Source of the DNA: a virus
Length of the DNA stretch: 64,000 nucleotides
Strand: one strand, 5' to 3'
Virus record (IMG/VR): IMGVR_UViG_3300042923_000524
Location: 32,001-96,000 of that record
Shown: positions 48,472 through 58,354 of the stretch, piece by piece
How the letters are laid out: each line of letters opens with the position of its first letter
Position numbering within the stretch: the stretch's first letter is position 1
Made by a program: the position numbers and the translations under genes
Notes under the pieces: generated by a model
What the model was told of the DNA's origin: nothing
The model's database searches: none
Seen by the model: only the letters and a program-made list of their open reading frames with translations

Positions 48472-49134
48472 ATGAATATGAAGCTGTTACGTATGCATGA
48501 AGGAGTGATAGCGATGTCATGGAATTTCAAAATGGCAATTGACGAACTCCATAAGATATTCACTTTCTTAAACTTAGAAATATTCAATAATATACTACCA
48601 GAACCAGCAATTACCATTCAATCTAAAGGTAAGAGAAATGCTCTAGGATGGTGTAGTAAAAATCCAATATGGGTAGATAGTGAAAACAAAGAACAAAAGT
48701 ATGAAATTAACATTTGTGCAGAAAATGCAAATATGAAGACTACTGATATAGTTGAAGTTATGTTGCATGAAATGGTTCATCTTTACGGAGATATACATGA
48801 GATTAAAACTACTTCAAGAAATGGGAGTTTTCATAATAAAAATTATAGAGACTTGGCATTGCAGTTTGGATTAAATGTTGCTAAAACAAAACAATATGGA
48901 TATTCAGAAACAATGCTGTGTGAGGAAACTATAATATTAGTTAATAATGCTAATTTTAATCAAGACGCATTTATATTAGCTAGAATTAATGATGAAGGCA
49001 ATATAAGTAAGAAAAAAGGTAGTATTAAACATGTATGCCCTGATTGTGGAAATAAAGCCAGAACCACCAAAGAGATTCCACTTATATGTGGTAAATGCAT
49101 GGAACAAATGGATATGGAAGTTGATGAAAGTTGA
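48472..49134 (+). CDS. SprT-like metalloprotease domain protein
   Basis: MLHEMVH zincin motif, H...Y, C-terminal CPDC..C..C. Likely start near 48514. Confidence 0.8.
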   Translation: MNMKLLRMHEGVIAMSWNFKMAIDELHKIFTFLNLEIFNNILPEPAITIQSKGKRNALGWCSKNPIWVDSENKEQKYEINICAENANMKTTDIVEVMLHEMVHLYGDIHEIKTTSRNGSFHNKNYRDLALQFGLNVAKTKQYGYSETMLCEETIILVNNANFNQDAFILARINDEGNISKKKGSIKHVCPDCGNKARTTKEIPLICGKCMEQMDMEVDES

Positions 49135-49404
49135 ATATTAATTTTCAAATTATGCGGTAAAACTGAAAAGTTGAATCCGCAATACATATAAGAAAGCTAA
49201 CTACAAAAGATGAATGCAATTTCTTATATTAGTTTAAATGTAGGAATTGTAGTAATACTTATCCTGTGTCTCCTTATGTGTTGGTTTAAGTTATGAGTAA
49301 GATGAATGTTGAATCATTATTCTGCGGTAGTAACTTATCTTGACATGTCTGGTTATGTAGGGTCTGTATTGTTGCAGTTGTTATGTTTGGATTGATGTAG
49401 GAAG

Positions 49405-49794
49405 ATGTGTTGGTCTTATGTGGTTGGCTTTTTATTATATGAACAAAAGAAAGGTGGAATACAAATGTTAAAATTTATGGTTAACTTGTTTGAACTTTAC
49501 TTAATTACTATGGTGAGTTTTAAAGTATTGAGATTTGTAGTAAGAAGAAGTTTTGGATTAGGCAAGAAAAGTAAAGTTAAAAACGCAAAGAAAAGATTGA
49601 GCATTCTTGGAAAGATTAGATTGTTGATTAGTAGACAGTTGCATAGCAAATTAGACGGAATGTTGACTAAACAATCTGAGAGATTTAAAGCAAAAAAAGA
49701 AAGCCTTGCTAAGATTGACGCTCAACAAGACTCAAAGGAGAATATTAATAAAGTTGTAGACTTTAAGGGTTACAAAAGTAAAGTTGTTAAGTAG
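49405..49794 (+). CDS. Membrane-anchored basic protein
   Basis: N-terminal hydrophobic helix; real start probably the ATG about 60 nt downstream of the track start. Confidence 0.55.
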   Translation: MCWSYVVGFLLYEQKKGGIQMLKFMVNLFELYLITMVSFKVLRFVVRRSFGLGKKSKVKNAKKRLSILGKIRLLISRQLHSKLDGMLTKQSERFKAKKESLAKIDAQQDSKENINKVVDFKGYKSKVVK

Positions 49795-49840
49795 TTATGT
49801 GAGAGGTTAATTCCTCTCCTTACTACACTAACAATATTAT

Positions 49841-50104
49841 GTGCTGATTGATTATGGTTTATGCGGAACAAAGGAGAGTGATTTTATGAATTTAATAAAT
49901 TTAATAAGACTTTGCGAATTACTTGAAGCACCAATTACAATAAATTTTCAAAACAAACATATTAAGATTACGATAGACTTTCAAAATTTTGAAGGAAATA
50001 ATTCAGAATTATTATTAGAAGAGATACTTAATGATGAATTGATAAACAAGATATACAAAGAAGAATTAAAAAAATTTGAAAATACAAAGGAGAATGAGTT
50101 ATGA
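49841..50104 (+). CDS. Hypothetical protein
   Basis: ORF track. Confidence 0.5.
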   Translation: MLIDYGLCGTKESDFMNLINLIRLCELLEAPITINFQNKHIKITIDFQNFEGNNSELLLEEILNDELINKIYKEELKKFENTKENEL

Positions 50105-50238
50105 GATATTTATTGATTAATAGCAAAACAAATGAAAAAGTAGGTGATTTTAGTACACGACAAAGAGCAAGTAGAAAGCAAGATAAACTAGACAATGAAT
50201 ATGGTGGTTATATACATCATATTAAAGAAGTTATATAG
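50101..50238 (+). CDS. Small 45-aa protein (..ASRKQDKLDNEYGGY..)
   Basis: Hand-translated; overlaps the upstream stop; followed by a hairpin. Confidence 0.55.
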   Translation: MRYLLINSKTNEKVGDFSTRQRASRKQDKLDNEYGGYIHHIKEVI

Positions 50239-50316
50239 GGAGTGAAATATCTCCCTTCTCTTCACAAAAATAAGAATTTAAAATTATAAGAAATTAATTA
50301 AAAGTGAGGCTATTTT

Positions 50317-50547
50317 ATGGAAAATTGTACAGAAAATAAGCAAAAACATATGAAAATTAATAGAAATTACAAGAGAAAATCTAATAGAAATTATAGATAT
50401 ATACTTATAGATTTAAGTGCTTATAATATACAGAGTATTGCTAATGTGTTGCTGGGATATGGGGTTTATTTATTGTTTAGTAGTATTAATTTGGGTTTTG
50501 AGAGTATGGCTACTGTTAATGCGTTTAAATATTTGAATAGAATGTAA
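50317..50547 (+). CDS. Hypothetical membrane protein
   Basis: Basic N-terminus and C-terminal TM segment. Confidence 0.5.
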   Translation: MENCTENKQKHMKINRNYKRKSNRNYRYILIDLSAYNIQSIANVLLGYGVYLLFSSINLGFESMATVNAFKYLNRM

Positions 50548-50568
50548 AATAAGAAAGGGGATAGAATA

Positions 50569-50751
50569 ATGGGTACAATTATTACAATGGCTGGTATTGC
50601 TATAGGTGGAATGATGTTAGAAGGAGTTTTAGCAAAAGCAGGTAAAATGGAAGAGGCTAAATATGTAGGAATGACAACTATAGCAGGTTTGGCAATCACT
50701 GCTGTTACTAAGTTTGTGCAATTAGCAAAAACACTTAGTAGTTTAGGTTAG
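50569..50751 (+). CDS. SpoIIIAC/AD-like small membrane protein
   Basis: IITMAGIAI...L..VL.K.GK.E.AKYV pattern matches SpoIIIAC (IFQIAGVGIV..L..IL...GKKEYAQWV). Confidence 0.55.
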   Translation: MGTIITMAGIAIGGMMLEGVLAKAGKMEEAKYVGMTTIAGLAITAVTKFVQLAKTLSSLG

Positions 50752-50759
50752 GTGATATT

Positions 50760-51107
50760 ATGTTAGGATTAATAACTTTAGCAGGAGGAGCAATTGTTAT
50801 AGGAATTAGTTGTATGGTTGATGCCAGTGGAACTGTAAAGTTAGTTGTTAGTGCAATCACAATAAGAGGTATTACATGGGTAATTAAAAAAACTATAGGT
50901 AGTATAGATAAAGATAAAGCTGATTTGATAAACTTTACTGGATGGAGTATATGTGGTATTAGTTTGGTTGGAATATTAAAGAATTGTAAGAAAGGGATAG
51001 AACCAATTGTGAGGGATTTTGGTGAAGCTGCTGGAACTGTGAGTAAGATTAAAAGTGATTTAGATGGATTTGCTGAATGGGTAGAGAGAATTACATTTTG
51101 GGACTAA
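50760..51107 (+). CDS. Membrane protein, possibly with a SpoIIIAC-like second half
   Basis: Several hydrophobic helices; same operon. Confidence 0.45.
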   Translation: MLGLITLAGGAIVIGISCMVDASGTVKLVVSAITIRGITWVIKKTIGSIDKDKADLINFTGWSICGISLVGILKNCKKGIEPIVRDFGEAAGTVSKIKSDLDGFAEWVERITFWD

Positions 51108-51110
51108 AAA

Positions 51111-51136
51111 TATAAGGGTAGATTACTACCCTTATA
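51111..51136. terminator. Bidirectional terminator between convergent genes
   Basis: TATAAGGGTA-N6-TACCCTTATA. Confidence 0.75.
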
Positions 51137-51152
51137 TTTTATTTTATATTTA

Positions 51153-51740
51153 TTATTGATTAATATATGTAAAAGTGAATCCATTATAATCTTTTCTATT
51201 ATTATTTAATACTTGCCATATTATTTTATAATCTAAATTTAATTCTTTTCCTGCTTCTATAAGTGAATTATATATTTTTTTTGTTTCATTACATACTATT
51301 TTTCGTTTTGTTAAAGATTCATTTCTTATTAAATCCTCACCAGTATATCCAGATTCCAATCTTCCCAATATTGTAAGTCTTTTAACTCCACTTTCTTTTG
51401 ACCATTCAGAAATACTTTTTGTAATTCCATTAATTGTTATTTCTTTTCTATTTGACCTATTTATTGCTTGTTTGTTTAATGGTATCCATTTACAATTTTC
51501 AGGACAATAATCTTTATCAACATCAATACGTTCTAAACTCAATCCTTCTTCATAACCATTATTTATTGCCCACTCTTTAAATGTTAAATAATCATTCCAC
51601 TCATCACATATCTTAATTCCTTTTCCACCATAATACTTATAATTTTCAAATGTAATACAATTACATCTTTTTCTCATACCATTCCATCTTTTATAAAGTG
51701 TGGTATAAGATTCTCCATGTGTCTTTTTACCCATTAACAT
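51153..51740 (-). CDS. HNH-type endonuclease with a NUMOD1-like C-terminus
   Basis: LYKRW.GM..RC..YGGKGI.IC.EW..LERID.DKDYCPENCKW..Q..NR. Confidence 0.8.
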   Translation of the reverse strand: MLMGKKTHGESYTTLYKRWNGMRKRCNCITFENYKYYGGKGIKICDEWNDYLTFKEWAINNGYEEGLSLERIDVDKDYCPENCKWIPLNKQAINRSNRKEITINGITKSISEWSKESGVKRLTILGRLESGYTGEDLIRNESLTKRKIVCNETKKIYNSLIEAGKELNLDYKIIWQVLNNNRKDYNGFTFTYINQ

Positions 51741-52656
51741 ACCTCCTTGATTTTATAATTTTATATTAGTTATTTAATCATAACATGGATATACAGAATG
51801 TCAATAACAAATATAAAAGTGTACTTAAAAAATATGGTTTTAAATATAGTGAATTTAAAGTGATTTTAAGACATTGAGATGATAAGGGGTGTTTTGGTAT
51901 TGGGAATGGGTAAAGTTTTGTTATAGATTAAATTGGAATTCGGAGAGGGGATTTGGAAGATATATCTTTGGTAGGATTTATTATTAGTTTTGATTATGTA
52001 AGAAATATATGCATAGTGGAGTGCATGATAGATACATATGCATTGTAGACTGCATAATTAAAGAAGGTATTAAGTCAATTATATTTAGTTTTAAGACATT
52101 ATTTATTTTAGTGGTGTATTTATATTATGTGAGTGGGAAGTTTTATTAGGGATTATTATATTAATTGGAGAAGGGATATCGTAATGGGAGAATTGGGTGG
52201 GAATTTGGTTATCGGTTTGTTGGGTGGTATGGTTTGGATTATTTGGGTTAAGTGTTGGAATTGCTCTGTTTGATGTTTTGGTATTGGGTTTGTTTACAGA
52301 ATGTAGTCGGATTTATTGTGTAATTTCAATGGGTATAGGGTATTGTGGGTATTTTTTAATATTATTATTGTAAATACATGCCCCATTATTGGTAGAGATT
52401 GTAAGTTGTAGACGATAGTTTTGTCGATGTGGGATGGGTGGATTTTTGATTTTGTTTTGTAAAATTATACATTCGATTTCGTATTTTAGGTTGGGTGTGT
52501 TTGTTGATGTACTCATGTCCCCATCTGCTAAATGATAATTATTATTAATGTAAACTATGCCCTACCTTATGAAGCTGCTTTATTGACCAATAGCAATAAA
52601 TACCTTTCAACCATTGATATTACTATGTTTAAAGGTATTTATTACATTGTAAAAAC

Positions 52657-52684
52657 ATATCCTATAATGATTATTATGTTGTAT
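52657..52684 (+). other. dif-like tyrosine-recombinase site
   Basis: ATATCCTATAA-TGATTA-TTATGTTGTAT compared with B. subtilis dif ACTTCCTAGAA-TATATA-TTATGTAAACT: 8/11 and 7/11 arm identity, 6-bp spacer. Confidence 0.5.
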
Positions 52685-53640
52685 GTTATGCATTATGTAA
52701 GCTAATAAAGGGAATAATAGTACTATAGAAGGTTGTTTTACTCTGGTTTATTGGATGCTCTGAATGGTTACATATAATTGCAGAATATTGCATAGTTATA
52801 ATGTAAAGTTCGCTTTACATAACAGCGGTTGTTACGTTGAAGTATTAGGTTAGTTACTTAACTAATTAACCACTGTATTAATACAATAATACAATATCAA
52901 ATACATGCAAAATAATTTGCACTATAGCAAATATATTTGCACTATAATTATATCATTACAATTAATCATCTATTGTCAACTAACTAAAACTACAAGTTAA
53001 CAATTAAATCACTAACCTAATAATCTAATAGTATTGTTAACTACAATCAAACAAAAGGTTAACAATCAATCATACAATAACCAATACAACCATATACATT
53101 AACCATAACTATATTATACATTAATTAATACTACTACACATAGTAATCAATACTACATAATTGTATATAAATTACAAAACAATTCAAACTGCATCAAATA
53201 CAACCTAATACATTATATCACATATTAAACTAATACAATATCATACAGTACCTATAAACATACTATGCTACACACTAATATTACATATCCTTTATACATC
53301 CACTGCATAACCAATCATACAATAACTAATATAAAACTCCACTCCATCCAATACCCTTCAAACGCTCCAAAATGCCTTTAAACGAATTAAACCCTTTTAG
53401 CATACACTAACACTATTCTCCAAAAACAATAGCTTTCCTTATATTGCAATGCTTACAACATATACCATCATAAACCAGTAATAAGCTAATAAAATGCATA
53501 AAATAAATACATAAACTAATACCATTATTAAAACTCTATTATATAATATATAAAAAATATATTTACAAATACTAATATAAAACTATTGCAAATTAAAATA
53601 ATAACTATATAATAGTATATAGAATCAATTATATAAGGAG

Positions 53641-54132
53641 TTGTTAACCATGACATATGAAGTCACCAGAAAACAAACAAACAATAATAAAACCTTTACA
53701 AATATAATTAATCAAGACCAACTAAACAACATAATCAAATATCCTTCAAGCCTTTACACAATAGAATCAATATCACCAATAGAAGAGAACAAAACAACCG
53801 AACATGAAACAATAGAGCCTGAAGAAATAAAAAAGAATGATGCACGTTTAACTGAACAACAAAAAGCAGTTAAGCAACTAATAAAAGACTTGAATCTTAA
53901 ATATGATACCGTAATAAATACAACAACAAATATATACATCAATAAAAATAGAAAAATAAAAAACATACAAGACATACTATATTACGCTCTACAATATAAA
54001 ATAATCAGTATAGGCGAATATAGTAAAATAGGTGATTACATCTCAGTATTTAGAAACGGAATACAAGGATTAGAACATATAAAAAGTAATGGGAAAATAA
54101 AAATAGAAATGTATAGAGAAGATGCTAAATAG
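53641..54132 (+). CDS. Hypothetical early protein
   Basis: Promoter TTGCAA-16-TATAAT at 53586-53613; RBS; terminator at 54121-54143. Confidence 0.6.
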   Translation: MLTMTYEVTRKQTNNNKTFTNIINQDQLNNIIKYPSSLYTIESISPIEENKTTEHETIEPEEIKKNDARLTEQQKAVKQLIKDLNLKYDTVINTTTNIYINKNRKIKNIQDILYYALQYKIISIGEYSKIGDYISVFRNGIQGLEHIKSNGKIKIEMYREDAK

Positions 54133-54253
54133 GCATCTTTTTCTCTTTGTATATCAAAATAGACATATTGACAATATACAAAACCATGATAATATTAATA
54201 TAAGACATAATAAAATCAATATAAAATTATAGAAGGGAGGAAATAATACTAAT

Positions 54254-54412
54254 ATGAAATACGAATATAAAATCGAGTTTGAATCTCATAATGATAATAT
54301 CATTGAAATAATACATAAAATTAATGATATATTATCATCCAAATTAATAAACCAAATTACAAATATAAAACAGACATTTACAATATTAGATGATATTAAG
54401 GAAAATAAATAA
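54254..54412 (+). CDS. Small 52-aa protein
   Basis: Hand-translated; promoter TTGACA at 54168; RBS GGGAGG. Confidence 0.45.
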   Translation: MKYEYKIEFESHNDNIIEIIHKINDILSSKLINQITNIKQTFTILDDIKENK

Positions 54413-54767
54413 TCAATAGTAGTCTGCCGACGGCTTGACATTGGTCTGCTAAAGCATCCCAAGTCAAAATAATATTATTATCCTTTTACTTTATTATTTT
54501 AAACCTAATTTAAACCTAACAAACCAAACTAATATAAGGAGTTGATTATTATATAAACCTTAACTAATAACATATATAAAATTGTACTAGAATGTAAGAT
54601 AAGAGTTTAAACATCCTAAAAACCGACTTTAAACCTACTCTAACAACTCATTTCAGCTTTTGAATAGGTATGCTGTATCATACCTTTAGGTTCGCTGTAG
54701 CATACCTATTGAGTAAAATTGACCTATAAAACACATAAAAACACTAATAATTAAGGAGGAAATAACA

Positions 54768-55358
54768 ATAAAAAACAAAGAAAGTAAAACTAATAATAAA
54801 CAATCTCCACTATATGAAATAGAAGATATAAAAGACGATGAGATTATCAAAGTATTAATAAATCCAGAGTCAGGAGAAATTGAAGGTTATATCCGTAATG
54901 GAGATAGAATAATAAGAAGTGGCTCAATTAATGCATTCAATAAACACAATGCTAATTATGAGGATAAAGATGACAGACATTTTACAAAGAATTATCATTC
55001 AGAGCTACAAAGAATTACTAAATTGAGACTCAATAAAAAACTATCAATGGCAGCAGAACTATTATTCAGAACTTTAGGAGATTATTTAGACTTCTCTGGA
55101 GATAATATAATAAAAAACAACTCTGAAGCAATGGGAACAAAGACAATAGGAGAAAATATTTTAGGTTATGGAAAAAGCCAGACAATAGCATTATTAAATG
55201 AACTAATAAATTTAAGTCTTATTGCAAAGGTTAAAAGAGGCAGAAACGTTATATACATAATGAATCCTATTTACTATCATAGAGGAAAAATATTAAAAAC
55301 AACTATTACAATATTCAAAATTAAGACAGATAATATTGATTGGGATATAATAGAGTAA
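54768..55358 (+). CDS. RepL-like HTH replication/maintenance protein (196 aa if it starts at ATA)
   Basis: Frame is open 85 codons upstream of the track start; NPESGEI..GDRI.R; C-terminal L.ELI..LI.K..Y.MNP.YY.RG. Confidence 0.6.
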   Translation: MKNKESKTNNKQSPLYEIEDIKDDEIIKVLINPESGEIEGYIRNGDRIIRSGSINAFNKHNANYEDKDDRHFTKNYHSELQRITKLRLNKKLSMAAELLFRTLGDYLDFSGDNIIKNNSEAMGTKTIGENILGYGKSQTIALLNELINLSLIAKVKRGRNVIYIMNPIYYHRGKILKTTITIFKIKTDNIDWDIIE

Positions 55359-55656
55359 ATACATAATTTAATATTTTCATCTAAAAGGCTCATAAAACAG
55401 CCTTTTTATTTTGCTTTAAACCGCCTAAAATCCATCCCTTAATAACCAAACTCCAAACACCACAAAACACGCTTAAAATCAATCCTAGTAGCTTACAAGG
55501 GCATATGTGATAAAAGATATAAAATTATAGTTAATAATCAGTATATAAACGACTACTAAAAATAAATATAAAATTATTGAACAAAACTATTGTAATTACA
55601 TATAATATAGTATAAAATAAGAGATAATAAATATAAAATTTGAGGAAGTGTTATAA

Positions 55657-55887
55657 ATGGAAGAAACAAAATTTGAAACCGCTTTAAAAATCTGGATGGT
55701 AGAAAATGGATATATAAACAAAGGCTGGAGATTTAGCATAGAAAGTAAATCAGCAATAGGAAATTCTGATTTAGCTGAAGTGATATGCAAAGCATATGAA
55801 CCAAGAAAAAGAAAACCTTTTTATATTACATTTAAATACAACTTTGTAAGGGAACAAATAAAAACAGATACGATTCAAGTTAATTAG
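55657..55887 (+). CDS. Hypothetical early protein
   Basis: Promoter, RBS and terminator cassette. Confidence 0.6.
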   Translation: MEETKFETALKIWMVENGYINKGWRFSIESKSAIGNSDLAEVICKAYEPRKRKPFYITFKYNFVREQIKTDTIQVN

Positions 55888-56609
55888 AGGCAATATGCCT
55901 CTTTTTATTTCTCTTAATTCCTACTAAAACACTAAGATATAAATTATATCAATTAAATATATTACATATAAAAACTAAACAATTCAAACAATATACAAAA
56001 ACACCTACAATTCAAATAAATAAATAATCCTGCCAAAATAATCATAAACACCATAAAATAAAACCAGCCTATAAAATTGTATAATTTGTACCATAAAAAC
56101 ACTATGTATAAATCTGTATATTTATACACAGAAACAACCCAAATCCTGCATAAATATCCAGCCTTTTAAATGCGTTTTAAGACATTATTTTTATATTAGT
56201 CATACACTAATACCACCAACTTTTTATGCATCACAACCCATTGCAATTACTACATTATACATTGACTGCATACGATTATTTACATCAAAATTTCCACAAA
56301 ATCGTAAAAATATCCTAAATACTGTAAATTTTAGGGTATACCCTCATAGGGTAGTAGGGTAAAATGTGCATATCATATGCATATTAATTTTATATATGTT
56401 TTTATATAATAGCCATCTAAATTGTATAAATTGTGAAAAATGTTTTAAAAACTCACACAATTTGATCCCATTTGGTGAACTTGGGACTTAGTATTTTTAT
56501 TGATAGAAACATATAATAATAGATATAAAATTAATGTTTGACAATAAGAATATATCTATGTTAATATTAATATAATAAATCAAATATATTAATAAGGAGT
56601 TGTTACAAT

Positions 56610-56798
56610 ATGGTAAAGGAATTAATAAACTTTTTAAAAGAATCAAACTTTAACTACTTAGAAATAAAACTAAATGAAGATACCACGAGAACAATAGACA
56701 TAAAAACAAATTCAGAAACAACAATTAAAAAACACTTAAAAGAATATATAAATAAAAATTATAAGATAGAAAAGAAAACAATAAAAAGAGGTTTTTAA
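56610..56798 (+). CDS. Hypothetical early protein
   Basis: TTGACA at 56538; terminator at 56786-56806. Confidence 0.6.
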   Translation: MVKELINFLKESNFNYLEIKLNEDTTRTIDIKTNSETTIKKHLKEYINKNYKIEKKTIKRGF

Positions 56799-56860
56799 CC
56801 TCTTTTTATTTTATCATAAATATATTGTTATATATTTAAATACACATATAAAATTAATTG

Positions 56861-56889
56861 TTGACATACATATAATAAAGGATTATACT
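56861..56889 (+). promoter_or_regulatory. SigmaA early promoter
   Basis: TTGACA-17-TATACT. Confidence 0.8.
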
Positions 56890-56921
56890 ATATAATATAA
56901 TAAGTAATAAATCATAAGGAG

Positions 56922-57206
56922 TTGAATACTGTGACTAAATCTAAAACACCTACATACACAAAGAATGCTTTAAAAATATCAGAGTTAGCAATAAATTTAA
57001 CTTCAATTGCTGAAGACGATAAAAAGCAAATTAATGAATATACTTTACAAGAAGTATTAAATGAAGCAAAATATATATTAAGTTGCTACAATGAATCAGG
57101 ACATATGTTAAATGAAGATTTAGATTCAGACGATATTGAAACAAGAAAACAGGCACAAAAACAAGTTAACCAGTTAAAAAAATATATCATCAAATATAAT
57201 AAATAG
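56922..57206 (+). CDS. Hypothetical early protein
   Basis: ORF track; GTG after the RBS. Confidence 0.6.
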   Translation: MNTVTKSKTPTYTKNALKISELAINLTSIAEDDKKQINEYTLQEVLNEAKYILSCYNESGHMLNEDLDSDDIETRKQAQKQVNQLKKYIIKYNK

Positions 57207-57218
57207 GAGATGTATTAA

Positions 57219-57416
57219 ATGAAAAAAATAGAATATGAAGCGTTAGGATGGACTAAGAAAGGTATTGTTTATAGAAAAGGTAATATTAAAGTAAGGCATG
57301 CAGCAAAATTAAACGAAGCAAACGGAAAAAGAACCGATTATATAAAAGTAGAAATTGACGGAAAATTGATAGATAATAATTATAAAACATTAAACGAAGC
57401 ATTACAGAAATTATAA
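57219..57416 (+). CDS. Hypothetical early protein
   Basis: RBS GGAG; terminator at 57415-57441. Confidence 0.6.
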   Translation: MKKIEYEALGWTKKGIVYRKGNIKVRHAAKLNEANGKRTDYIKVEIDGKLIDNNYKTLNEALQKL

Positions 57417-57523
57417 GAGCTTGAAAAATAGCTCTTTTTCTTTTCTCAATCTTTCAACCAATTCTGTAATTTGAGGACATTTAAAATTTTAGAAATATAT
57501 CATAATGAATATAAAATTATATA

Positions 57524-57552
57524 TTGACATATAATTATAATGGGTTTATAAT
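57524..57552 (+). promoter_or_regulatory. Consensus sigmaA early promoter
   Basis: TTGACA-17-TATAAT. Confidence 0.85.
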
Positions 57553-57571
57553 TAAAGAAAATACAAATTAA

Positions 57572-57838
57572 TTGGAGGTTTTAAACATGACTAAAAAAGA
57601 ATTATATATGAATAGAATCAATCATGCAATAATTACAAAGTATGACATTGAATTAGTTATTTTTACTGAAGGTCAAAGACATCCAGACTGTTATTACAAA
57701 GATATAGAAACTAATAGATGTTATGAAGAAACAGGAACAAAGAATTTAAAAAGTCAATTTGAGATTGTAAAAAGAAGAATCAAAAATGCTGATTTTGAAA
57801 ATACAATGAAAACTTGTCAAATACCTGAAGCCGAATAA
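57572..57838 (+). CDS. Hypothetical early protein
   Basis: ORF track. Confidence 0.6.
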   Translation: MEVLNMTKKELYMNRINHAIITKYDIELVIFTEGQRHPDCYYKDIETNRCYEETGTKNLKSQFEIVKRRIKNADFENTMKTCQIPEAE

Positions 57839-57856
57839 AAATAAAAGGAGAAAATA

Positions 57857-58060
57857 ATGGATTGGATTTTATCAATAGTATCTATGGTAATGCTTTGGAT
57901 GATGGGCAATAAAAATAAGTATGCTCCATTTATAGGGATAATTGCACAAGTGCTATGGATATATTATGCAATATCATTAAAACAATATGGATTATTAGTT
58001 GGAACTATTGGATATTTAGTTATACATATTAGAAATGCTGTAAAATGGCAAAAGAATTAA
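57857..58060 (+). CDS. Small membrane protein, PnuC-like half-transporter pattern
   Basis: DW.LS...W.MG.K..APFIG..Q.LW..Y..QYGL..I.N..KW. Confidence 0.45.
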   Translation: MDWILSIVSMVMLWMMGNKNKYAPFIGIIAQVLWIYYAISLKQYGLLVGTIGYLVIHIRNAVKWQKN

Positions 58061-58354
58061 TTTGACCATAAAATAACAATTTCAAAGACTATTATAAAGC
58101 CTTTTGGATGCCCTCCAGAGGCTTTAATTTTATCTATGAATAAACATAATAGCATTATAGCAGTATTATATATTATAATATCTGGATGCCTTAAAAACGA
58201 TTTAAAAGCCTTGAAATTGTAGTAAAGTTATATTTATTGAGATGGCAGCAACGTATATTTTAATAATTTTAAATTAAATAATGAATATAAAATTTAGTTA
58301 TTGACTATAATAATATTGATATGATATAATTAAATTAATACATATTAAAAAGGA

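Noticed and set aside
52313-52516. 67-aa minus-strand ORF in the skewed region
   Set aside because: No RBS; its composition simply reflects the G/T skew
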